Source of the DNA: Choristocarpus tenellus KU-1152
Taxonomy: Eukaryota; Protista; Phaeophyceae
DNA: 34,133 nucleotides
Direction of reading: 5' to 3'
Assembly (NCBI GenBank): GCA_964200185.2
Contig: CAXNAD020000056.1
Span: forward strand, 1-34,133
Under the pieces are notes generated by a model, which saw only the letters and a program-made list of their open reading frames with translations, was not told the origin of the DNA and did no database searches. A program made the translations under genes and the position numbers. Shown here piece by piece: positions 23,420-34,133 of this stretch. Each line of letters opens with the position of its first letter. The first letter of the stretch is position 1.

Positions 23420-25600
23420 TTCTACAACCTCTTCCTAATTATTACCTCTTCTTAACTACATATATATACCGAGTTTATGAAAATATGACAGGATAATAGA
23501 AGCGAAAACGGGATATAAGAGAGGTAAATTGTGTGGTGACGAATTTTCGGGATATAAGAGAGATTTCGGCGTATTCCTATTCTCTTCATATCGACCAAAC
23601 TCCCATTTTTTTTTACTACTTCATTGAGGGATTTTCCAAAAAAACATGGATAAAGTTAAGCAAAATATAACACAAAGTAAGGTACAAACCTGCTCGAGAC
23701 CAGGAGTACACAGCATAACAGTCTTTTGTCTGTGAGTATTCCACAGTACAGTACATGCAGTGTATCACATCAAATTTAGACCACTGCATTGTACAGATGT
23801 AACGATGCCCTGCGCAGCGGGATCCAGCTGCAACATAAAGGATATGACTCCTGGTCCGCCACACTAAACATGCCGTGAGTGTCGAGTTTGTAGCGGTATC
23901 TTCATGGCATTTGCGGCGCTGTGGATCCTTTTTGGTCGAAACAAAATGAAACGCGTATGCAAATTGTGCATGAGCCCCACCAAGCACAAGGCTTCGAGTC
24001 CTCCAGCCAGTGATAACATGGCGTCGAAGCGCCACGATAACAAGAACAAGCTCAAGGGGAAGGTGCTACCAAATAAATATATGGAGAAAGACGCGTCCTA
24101 CAAGCACCGCAGTGCCAACAATTGTAAACGCTTAAGCTTTGCAGAGAAGGTGGAAGCGTTGACACCCCTAAAGACCATGACAGAAACTGCGTTTGCTCAA
24201 TAGTTTGGAATCATTCATAGCACCCTCTACAAGTTGAAGAAGGAGGTAACAACCATCATGGAGAAAGCACAGATGCTGAAGCCTGAGTCCGGGTCTACGA
24301 GGGGTGCTAAACATGTCGAGGTGCGTCAGCTCGTGAATTGAGAGTCTGAAAGTAGGTTGACTGTGATCGTGATTGAATTGTCTTTCTGCACTGCCTGCTG
24401 ATGAGGATCATGATTGAATTTTTTTATTTTTTTGCGCGTTTCTGTTGTACTGTAATGTCTGCACTGCATACGTTAGTATCACGACTGGACATTTTGCTTG
24501 TAGAGGTACGTCCCACAAGGTGTCTCTATATATTAATGAGGAATCCTCTAATGCTCTTGACGCTCTGCACCTCAAACCTAGAGGAAAGAGAGCTAGACCT
24601 AGAGAGTGTGGATCAATGTGGAAGACAACGATGAAGTGGCCAATGTGATACTAGAGAGCATAAAAGACCAGCTGCTCGAGGAATCCTTATACCAGTCAGA
24701 CAATGAAAGCTCGGGGGATGAGGATGACGATGGCCTTATGGGAGGGGGCAGCGCATCAGGGGCCATGAGGAAAGGAGCAGCCTCCTCAGTGTTCTCGATT
24801 CCTCCACCACCGTACTCTCAAGGCTGATGAGTCTGCAAACTTAGAAACAACCGCCGAAGAGTGCAGCATTAATGATGTTTCGTACCATCTCCAGAAAGCA
24901 AAGTTGGCTTGGCTCAGCGCAATCGGTGCAAGGGCAATCAAACAAGAGGACATCCCCGATTTTTTGGGCGGTCACGATTTTTTTCTTAGGGAATGAGTTG
25001 TTTTACTTAGCGCGTGCGATGGGGATGCATGGCAATGCAGCTGTATTTGATCCATGGTGACGTTTTTGATACTGTACTGTATAATATCCTTGTAGAGTGC
25101 AATTGAATACGTAGGGCAGGGCATCGGCGGGAGATTGGCTTTGAAAGTTGATTCGATTTGAACTGCGAATCGTCTGTCCAGTCATCCAACAGCTTGCGGA
25201 TGCTTTTCTTGGGAAGGTGTGTACTATACATGAGTGTAATTTACCAATGTTACAGTATTGTATAGATATGACACTGGTATACTATGCAGAGGTGGTATAG
25301 ATGCGGTGCTTGCTGTACCACCATAGGTTCATCGAAATGGGATCACCAAGGGCATTGTTCAATACATACCTACATGTAAGTACTCTTAGAGGCACATGGG
25401 AAGCGCATACAGCAAGGGTGTCGCTCTGACGTCGTTCAAAGGCAAGTATATAGTGCGTACAAGTACTATTGGTCGATATAAAATAGGTTTCTCTTATTAT
25501 GATCCCTCCGTTTAAGAGAAAAGGGGTCTTACATAGAAGAAGAGAGGATCGTGATATAAGAGAGGGGTTTTTGAGTTGAATGTACCCTCTCTTATAGATA
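23420..25600 (+). mobile_element. pogo/Tigger-like non-autonomous deletion derivative
   Basis: 24018-24320 reads KRLSFAEKVEAL...FAQ*FGIIHSTLYKLKK (CENP-B/psq-type HTH with a premature stop). 24606-24970 carries an acidic tract and KQEDIPDF, resembling the pogo C-terminal KQxxIxDFF. No DDE core is present. The motif gatataagagag recurs at both ends, with an inverted atatcgaccaa / ttggtcgatat pair. Exact termini unresolved. Confidence 0.7.
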
Positions 25601-28125
25601 GATTCTTATATAGGTACAATCACGTATTTTATATTTGAACTTTGATCAAACACAAACATTGATGTATATATATACTATTCTGTATTTCTGATTGATACAT
25701 ACCTCTCCATTTTTCGAATCTCCAAAAATGTAGATGGATAATGTGTGCCAGTGACATCCATTTGCCCACTGTACCACGTCCATTTGCGCGCGCTAGATAG
25801 AGTCAATTAAGGTGATGTGGTGTGGGACACATACCCAGTTAGTGATCGCAAACATTTCATTAGATTTATATTAGCAAAACTTCAGATTGTATTTTCTATT
25901 CAGACTTGTTCAAACTACTAGATTTAGAATAGAATAGATCGCTCACTTCCTTCCTGAGCTTTAAGTCTGTATGGTTCTCTGTGGCCCTCATCACCCCCAT
26001 TGATATAAAACCAGCTCCCTATTAGTGGTACGCACGCCGATCTGTGTTCGGAGGTCACCAGATATGTAGGGTCACACCAAGATGGGGGACAAGAAGGAAG
26101 CGCAACTAACTCTAAAGATTGTTGAGCCTGGTCAGAAAGATGAGTAGACTTGGAGAAATAAAGCATCATCAGGGAAACGTAGGTTGGCAAGGATAATAAT
26201 CCAATCTAATATCCCCAACAACTGTAAATCCTGAGCAACGTCAAAAGGGCATATACACATTTTGACAGTTCGCTTCAACACGAGGGCGGTGTAATGGCTC
26301 GAGGTCGGCCTTCAACATGACCCAGACCCGACCCACCATCAAGTGTTGGCTGAAAATGATTAGCACAAGGAGGATAGGAGGTTCGATATCCAAGACAACG
26401 TCTCCATTCAAGTCCGAGTTGTCACGTAAGTCTAATGCACTTTGGCAGTGGAAGTGTGTGGAGGTCAGCCTCGCTGCTGCGGCCCTTGTAAGGATAAACC
26501 AATGGATAGACGGGTGTATTAACTGACCCTACCCCGACCACATTCTCTGGGACTATATACTGATCACTTGATCATGAATATTTCTCAAAATAACTTAAAC
26601 CCATGATTTCTGGAGCACAGGATTTGTCCTATTCCCCTTTTGCCAAATTTCAATAATGTGTTAAGCCTTTCGCTCACGCTTGTATCTACACGAATCGCGA
26701 AGAGCGGTGTATTGATCGACTTTTACCAGCGTTCGAAGCACTTGCTACCCTCCCAGAAATCTCAAATTTCCACCCATGAACCCTTGCAAAATGACATAGA
26801 ACCGGGGGAAGAGAGAGCGAGGAATGAGAATATTTTGGGGTGCCCTACTCGTTCTTTTTCCTCAGAGTTAGTAACGACAATGCATGCACGTGGTATGATA
26901 TCTAACGACTTGCTTTCTAGGTCGGGAAACACTAAGAAATTGTAAAACCTAGGACTTGGCTTATAGTACAAGGAAGGTTAGCAAACTACAACTTGCCACA
27001 AGCAGGACATGCAACCTATGTTGCACCTGCCATTACTTGCTCCTCACAGCCATTTCAGGACATGGGTAAGGACTTTTCTCTAGATTAAATGTGTTGCTCC
27101 ACTCTTTTATATTGTTGGCACAAATCAGCTATTAAACATTGCTCAACCTCCCCTTGCATGCTGAATGTTTGATCTCACTGTATAAGAATTCCTAGGTATG
27201 AGAATAATGAACCTCATTTGAAGATCACTGTTGATGCTGCTATTTTGTTTGTTCATCGTTTAATTCAATATATACTGCAGCTTGGAGATTTATCAATCCT
27301 ATCCAACCACCAGTCACATCCAACTTGGGAGTGGATAAACATTTGTTTGATCATAGCATCACGTGAGCTTTGGGGGTAATGCTAGATTGGGACAAAGAGG
27401 AATTGTTGTTTAAAGACAGTGATTTATGTATTTCAACACTTCACAAAATCCTACCAGTTCCCAACTCTTCCTCCCCAACATGTGTTTGTCAGACTGAAAA
27501 TACATCAAAGAACAAGGCATCAATTCATATTTCAATTTCAGTGATCACATCTGAGTTCACCACACCTGTTCATACATTGAAAAATATACACCTTCCCCCT
27601 GAAATGGAAAATCTCGTACTGGTTTGTTCCCAGGTCCTTCAAGGTACGGCTACTGATGCTGTTATTGGACCTAGCATCAAAACTGGCACAGACCTTCTGT
27701 AAGAGCAAGACATATATCCCCCTTGGCATGTGCTATGGTCAGTTGAACCCCCACTATTGGGGCAGGAGGTGCAGGATCTTCAAAGTTGCCAATTTATTTT
27801 TTCAAAAAGGAGGGGGGGGGTCAAGCTACCTGCAAATGTTATAGTAGGTCATTCATATCTCCATTGCTGCATACACATACCCTCTCAGATACTACCCCAA
27901 GCATAGTCGCAGCCACACCCTCCAACCCCGAAGACCTCAAAAATATCCTGGTATGATTTGAAGCACATGTTTCAAAGAAGACATTTGTAAATATACAACT
28001 TACTTTGACCAGGAGGAATTGCTAGATATTGTGACTAAATTCAGACTGGTATTATCATTTTCTGAAAATAAATTAGGTTGTACAACAGCTTCTGCTGACT
28101 TTCCACTAAGCAGGTACTATATTGG

Positions 28126-28598
28126 TTAGTAGACCTCTGTATCATGCGGCACCTTCAATACACGACACCATCCGCCAATCAGTAGAGGCTCAAAGTATCT
28201 GGGGGGGTGGCGGCTGTCCATTTGGGGTCAATTTTTTCATGTCGTGACTTTTGGGTGATTTGGTTGCGTACGTCAGATAGATAATGTAGATGTATTTTTC
28301 CTGATTCTGGTCCAAAATGGACACCCTGTTGTAGACCCCCCCCCCCCTCTAGATACTTTGGGTCAGACAATGTGTAAAAGCAGGGTATTGTTCAACATGT
28401 TTTTTTGCATCCCCTGCTATCATTGTTATCAAATCCGATTAATTCCCCTGGTCGCAGGCTAACGAATTAGTAGACCTCTGCATCGTGCAGCACCTTAAAT
28501 ACACGACCCCATTTGTCAATGAGCAAACATTATGGAAAACCAGGGCACTGTGGATCCCCTTTTGCCCTTGCTGTCAAATCTGATAGATTCCCCAGATT
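28126..28598 (+). repeat. Diverged tandem duplication of the Gypsy RT N-terminal segment
   Basis: ttagtagacctctg(t/c)atc(a/g)tgc(g/a)gcacctt(c/a)aatacacgac occurs at 28126 and 28467. The downstream tcaaatc(c/t)gat...attcccc is also present twice. Confidence 0.75.
28180..28372. mobile_element. MITE (about 190 bp) with about 45-bp imperfect TIRs
   Basis: ggctcaaagtatctggggggg...tgtccatttggggtca is inverted relative to tggtccaaaatggaca...ccccccc(tct)agatactttgggtc. A second copy starts at 34004. Confidence 0.8.
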
Positions 28599-28989
28599 TG
28601 TGTGGACATAAGAGGGACCACTAATAAACATTCGACACGAACTCTGTGAACAACAAAAAAAGTATTCTTCACCCCGGATGAGAGATCTGATTTTCAGAGG
28701 TTACTGCACAAAATGCACTGTGGAATCTTCCAACACTTCATATCTGAAATATCATCTACAGTTGGTCCAATAGCTCTGGGTTGTTTTATGTAGACGATAT
28801 TGTTTTGGCATGTTGAACTTGGGCGCACAAGCAACTACTTCATCTGTGTGGAATTAAATGTCGCAGAAATTTTGAACCCTGATGAAGGCAAGGTTTTGTT
28901 AACATGTTAATATCTTATGGGTTTATTATGGCAAACACTAAAAGATTGCCCACCAAAATCTCAAGCAAGTGGAGCAGCCTACGCCTATC

Positions 28990-30524
28990 TATGATTCTGT
29001 TCACAAAGCCCTCCAAAACTCTATTCCAGCACAGTGTTTCACCACATCCACCAGGATATTCGGGGGGAGCTTCCCCATCTTCTGAGTCTTTTCCTTGCCA
29101 AAATGGGGAATTTTGAAGGTGTTTGTCACCTTAGGACCCCAGCACTTCACCGTAGATTGTGAAGTCTTAGTCTCTCCTGGGGGTACACATCAAACACCTC
29201 CATTGTGACCTCTACTAGCTCCTCTGTGTTGGTCACCCCCACATCTTCCTTTACTTGCTAAATGGAATGAAAGAATCACAGGTCGTTGACGTTGAGGTCA
29301 GGTGAGTTGGTTGACTGGATCTGCTACGACAATGTTGTCCCCCTCAGCCTCCTCATTTCCTCCATGATCTCCCCCTTGGTCTGTGACTTTGCACTGTCCT
29401 GCTGTACAAATATGGTGTGTCCTTCCAGTCTAGGCATAGGGCCTTGTTGATTGCTGGGATGAGATCCTCAATCATGATCTTCTTATACCTCTCCCCGCCC
29501 TCACCATGGCTAGCACAAGTACCTTATTGCCCTTGGGGCAGTATTTACTGGAGTGCTGAGCGACCTTAGTGTTCACGGTTGACCAGATTGCAATATTCCC
29601 ATTGAACCACACCACATTGGAGAGCTTCCTAGGGCAAGCCATGGCTGTAAGGAATATCACTTTGGTAATGTAATGCTTATGCTATGCCTATGGGGGTTTG
29701 GGGAGGTTGGTTCTCAGTGGGGTGCAGGTAAACACCTTGCCCATCCTTTAGGGTGTAAAACCACTCCTCATCCACATGCACCGAGTAGTGGAGATAGTCC
29801 ACTAACCCTCTTTCCTCCCTCCTGTGCATGTGACTGATAACAAAACCCACCCTGTCGACTTTCTCCTGGTGTGAGAGGACTGGCTTAATCAACCGCTTGA
29901 CCTTCACCTTCTCGAGCTTGCACAGATCCCACAACAAGCCAAGGGAGACCCCAGCTCTGGCTGCTCATTTGTGGGAGGATGTGCAGTATACCGATGGGAT
30001 ATCCCAAACATTGAGGATACTTGTACAGCAGCTACACATCACACCTTGTGGAGTTGTGCAAGGTCCATGCATTCACCTCATGCAATCAAGCTGTCATACT
30101 CCTCCAGATGACGGAACACAGTGATTCGTGAAATTCCAAAGTACTTCATGATGGCTGCTGCTGTCCCCCAAGGCATTTGAGTCTTGCACCCTCTCACCTC
30201 CAGGCATTGCATCGCCACACTGTTCCTTGTTGGGGTGTTAGAGTCCTGACCCCAGACAGACCTCTGGGCTGAAGAATTGGAACCAACAGGTGACAATGGG
30301 ATGAGCAAGCCGCTCAAATGATGGGGAGTCTTCATCCTAGGCATCCCAATAAGCCACCTGCTTCTTTTTTTGTGGTTTTATGGGGGTTTTGTTCCCTGTC
30401 AAATGCGACTGGTCATCCTCCAGAGTCATGACAGGTCACCATCTCTAATTTTGCACACCTCCTAATCTATATGAGAACTGAGCCTTATCAAGAGGGTTTA
30501 TCACATGGGTCATTCTTGGGCGAG
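28990..30524 (-). mobile_element. Near full-length degenerate mariner-like element (family B, DD39D-related transposase pseudogene)
   Basis: Motifs IKPVLS, VHVDEEWFY (first D), IFLTAMACPR..WFNGNIAIW, FVQQDSAKS (second D), QSTNSPDLNVNDL (third D) and FKIPHFGKEK..GKLP lie across several frameshifts. Confidence 0.88.
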
Positions 30525-33500
30525 AAAGACTTGAAATCATTCTTAGGTTCCATGATTTTCACCAAAAATTTCATTCCTCACCTAGCAACTGCTACAATAC
30601 CATTAGTGGAATTGATTCGAGATACACAAAGGGAAAGCACCAAAAAGGTGTATATACCATGTAATGTGTATCATACCACCCAAAATAAATTTAAATGGTA
30701 AAAGTGGTACTACATCTAAATGAATTGACTACAACAGACTGCTTTTGGCAAGCACATACGGTATATCCTGTCTATGGGTTATCTGTGGATGAACTAGGGG
30801 AAATCGCTAGAGTGGCAAATGACTCTGAGCACTTTGTTAGCTCCATCAAAGCACTTTGTTAGCTTTTCCAGCAGTGAACCTAAACGTTCTAGCCAAAGCT
30901 CTGCATGATCAGTTTGAAGCATATTTCAAATACTTACAGACTGAAATTTCAGCTCTACCCTTTGTAGTAAACGACTGGCACTACGTCTTTTTTCACCCGA
31001 GAAAGAAAAGGTGTAATCTTATTATGCCAATCTTAGCTGTCATTTCCACAAGAACGGAGAATATTTTGATTAATTGGTAGCTACAACTGAAGTCTAGGAT
31101 TTATTTTTACAAGCCCATCTTGCTTTCAAGCACATTTTTGACAGCATAAGAGATAGATTTTGGTGGCTGACCTTGCACAAAGATGTTAGGAATTGCTGCG
31201 AAATTTGTCAGTCATGTCAGTCAGAAAACCTCCTATATTCCAACTTTCTACCTACAGGACACACACCTATTACATGTTTGTTTCAATGGCTCACTATTGT
31301 CCTAGTTAAATATAAGCCACATCAGACGGCGCATAACATGTTCTATCTACTGTAGGCCATCTCTTACAAGATTCACGATCTTGGCACTTCCAACTATACA
31401 AGAAAAAGTCGTGACTAAAGGTCTTGTCAATAGCTTTTTTTTACCATTTTTGGCCCCCCTGAAATACTCCACTATATTCAAGCTAAAGGATGTGATAATG
31501 AACTCCTGGCAGAGCTACGGAAAGTGTATGGTTATTACAAAACCAATACTACGGCATATCGACCTCAAAGCAATAGCGTATATGAACAAATTCATTCTAC
31601 AATGCATGGTATGCTGGACATGTATTTGGACATGGACCGATCTGACTGGGCATCTTCGTTGCCTATTGTACAGCTAGCACATAACACAGCCTATACTAAC
31701 ACTGTTAATGAAGCTCCATTTTTTCTCATATTTGGAAGGTGCCCAATTTTATCAATGGATCTTATTTTGGAGGTTCCTGAAGCCACCCCCATAACTCTAC
31801 AAGAATACAGTATAAAAACAGTGGGAAATTTGCAGCTACTGTATAAACTTGCCTGATAAAGTATTGGTGAGATGACACCAAGGAATTGATCTATTACTTT
31901 AAGCCATAAGCTCCCAGTTTATAAGGTAGGGGATAAAGTGTGGCAACACAAACCACATACTCCATCTGATGCACTAAACCTCAAGTCCTTGTCCTTATGA
32001 AAAGGACCTTATGAAGCAAAAGCACATACTACACCCATTGTATACTGTATAAAGTATTTGAAAGAGCAACTTGAAGTGACAGTTAATATCGACAGACTCA
32101 AACCCCATAGAGAAGGTGGAGCCACTGTACCTGACATGGATGCCCTGTATTCACTTGTCTTGGAACAGTATTATCCGAAACAGATACTGATCAGGGACCA
32201 AAGACATAGCCAATTATTGGGTCATACACTATAACAGGTATTGTTGACCACAAGTAAGATTTGGGAAGAAAGACCACTTGCAAATATACATACTGGCTTT
32301 TCTCTCGAGGATATTCACCGACCAGTGATGTGTGGTGCAAACCTGCTAAAATACCTAAATGTGCAGAGATCACAGCCTAAAAAAGAAAAGAGAACAAATT
32401 GGATCACCCTAAGAGCCATAAAAGACAGGCTCATGCCCTTCAAACAGCCGAAGAACTTGGATTATTCCCAACCAAATCTCTACCTTCAAACAACCTCACT
32501 TCCTCTAATTATTGTGATAACTCTCCTTGTGGACGGAAATATGCGGTGAATTCCTCTATACTAGTGGGTTACCATCCTGAAGAGTTGCCATCAGAGTCCA
32601 CAGATAGAGTAGATGTTTCCTTTTCATTTCCCAGATGGTGGAAGTGAAGCTGAAAAATTCTTGAAGACCATACCATTGTACAGTCCAGGTTGGTTTTCGA
32701 GTTTATCTATCAAATATCCAAGGCTCATGGGGGTAGGAACTTAGCTCTTATCCGGAGATATAACAGGTGGTCCAATCTGTGAGAAGCATGTATATTATTC
32801 AAAACACTTAACAAATATTTACTAATACACATACTAAATTATATATTTGAATCTGATTTTTTCTGGTTTTCCAAGCACCTTGGTTGGCAACTGTTCTACC
32901 ATGTGATGGTGATAGATGATGGACTTTTCAATTGCTCTCAGCACTATCCCTGCAATATTCCAATGGAAGACTTAATCGTACCAAAGCTGTGGTAATACTG
33001 GGGTCCATCCACTCACCAGGGGGATGTAGGAGACAGGCTGGTCTACGCCCTTTTTCTCACTACGCTTTCCACCTGGTAATGCAGATCTACCTATCTTGGA
33101 CTAGAGTGTGACCTAGGGCTGATCACCACTGGTGCTCCATCATTTCCTTAATTTTTCCTTGAAAAAAAAATGCATGAGTTGATTCAAGCAGGATATTTCT
33201 CTCCCATAGAAGAACCTGTCTGACATGAAGTGCTGGCTAGTCACTTTTTGTTTGTGTCAGATGGAATCCATACTGGAGGGGGAGTAAGGTTAGGGACAGG
33301 TCCCCTTTTTGGGGATCTCCCAACGCTGATGATAATGTGCACAGTCATACATATTTGCGTGCACTACATTTTGCCATTGAGACTAGTTAAGGTGACGTGT
33401 GTTGCAAAATGCTTCACAAGGTACCAAGATTGGATATGCAAGCTCCAATCCATAGGGTGTGGACAAGGCTTACAGAGGGCTCATAAAGGAAATGTCATCA

Positions 33501-34003
33501 AATATTCTGGATGTCTCACTTCAATTATTCACTTTATTGCTTTGAAAGGGGTATAATTTGGACTGAACAACCATTCCTTGACAAATGTGGGCCTCATAAG
33601 ACTAATAAATAAAATGTCAACAAGAACAACATAAAAAGTCTAGGAATTCAAGGTCATAATGGTATTTATGAAACCGCCATTAAGACACATCACCCAAGAT
33701 AGGCGTTGGTCCGACACACAACTGTCTTGCAGTAACTCCAATATGAACGGTGGATTCAACCAGCAAAGTCCGATATTGTGTTTTCTGTTCTAACTTGTTG
33801 AACATATCACAATGGAGATTGATTTGAGATGCTACTCTGAGACTGTTAACATACACTCAGCATAACTTAGTCCCATCTCTAACTTCCTTCCTGACCTCAT
33901 CTCTGGCAATTCTCATCACCCCCATCACACAGAACCAGCCCTTGTAACACCTAACATTTTGCAGATATAAGGGAAACCACAGGGACTACTGTTGTTAAAA
34001 TAC

Positions 34004-34133
34004 CAGTTGGGCTCAAAGTATCTGGGGGGGGGGGGCGGTTGTCCTTTTGGGGCCAATTTTTTCATGTCGCCATTTTTGGGTGATTTGGTTGCATACATTG
34101 GATGGATTTATAATGTAAGTGCACTTTTCCTGG
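34004..34133. mobile_element. Second copy of the MITE, cut by window edge
   Basis: cagttgggctcaaagtatctggggggg...caattttttcatgtcg...ttttgggtgatttggttgc matches 28180-28300. Confidence 0.85.

Larger units (their letters stand above)
27100..32450 (+). mobile_element. Degenerate Ty3/Gypsy pol (RT, RNase H region, integrase) interrupted by a MITE and a mariner
   Basis: In Gypsy order: VDIRG (about 28603), FTPD..FQRL, FYVDDIV (28784-28804), then after the mariner KDLKSFLG...NFIPHLA (30526), RFWWLTLHKDVRNCCEICQSCQ (about 31155), TTAYRPQSNS...DWASSLPIVQLAHNT...PFFLIFGR (31524-31856), KGPYE and VNIDRLKP. LTRs not identified; outer limits approximate. Confidence 0.85.

Noticed and set aside
26049-26500. 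Minus-strand TGGTGACCTC as a tRNA-Trp-like PBS after a possible LTR
   Set aside because: No partner LTR and no gag or pol downstream; too short to support.
33230-33800. Minus-strand IFDDI and WLFSP fragments as a DIRS/LINE reverse transcriptase; plus-strand 108-aa ORF
   Set aside because: The motifs are too degenerate to assign, and the plus-strand ORF has no ATG start or known motif.

Overview
Eukaryotic genomic DNA. The intron style, protein motifs and TE families suggest a stramenopile, possibly a brown-algal relative; that assignment is inference. Two intact spliced genes lie on the minus strand: CDC20/Fizzy, an APC/C co-activator (12 coding exons, 10822->6263, about 562 aa), and a TMEM184/OST-alpha family membrane protein (7 coding exons, 22960->16361, about 373 aa). 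Each gene needs one GC-AG intron to splice in frame. Most of the remainder is decayed, partly nested transposons: Copia remnants including an inverted LTR pair with a half-tRNA-iMet-type PBS, two mariner families related to plant DD39D elements (one copy complete with Stowaway-like TIRs and TA TSD), a pogo/Tigger deletion derivative, a long degenerate Gypsy pol and a two-copy MITE. I found no convincing novel multi-gene system. The strongest unexplained signal is a CpG pattern: CpG-rich 5' ends, CpG-poor gene bodies and CpG-type transitions between repeat copies, suggesting a DNA-methylation footprint. All exon assemblies, counts and alignments were done by hand.
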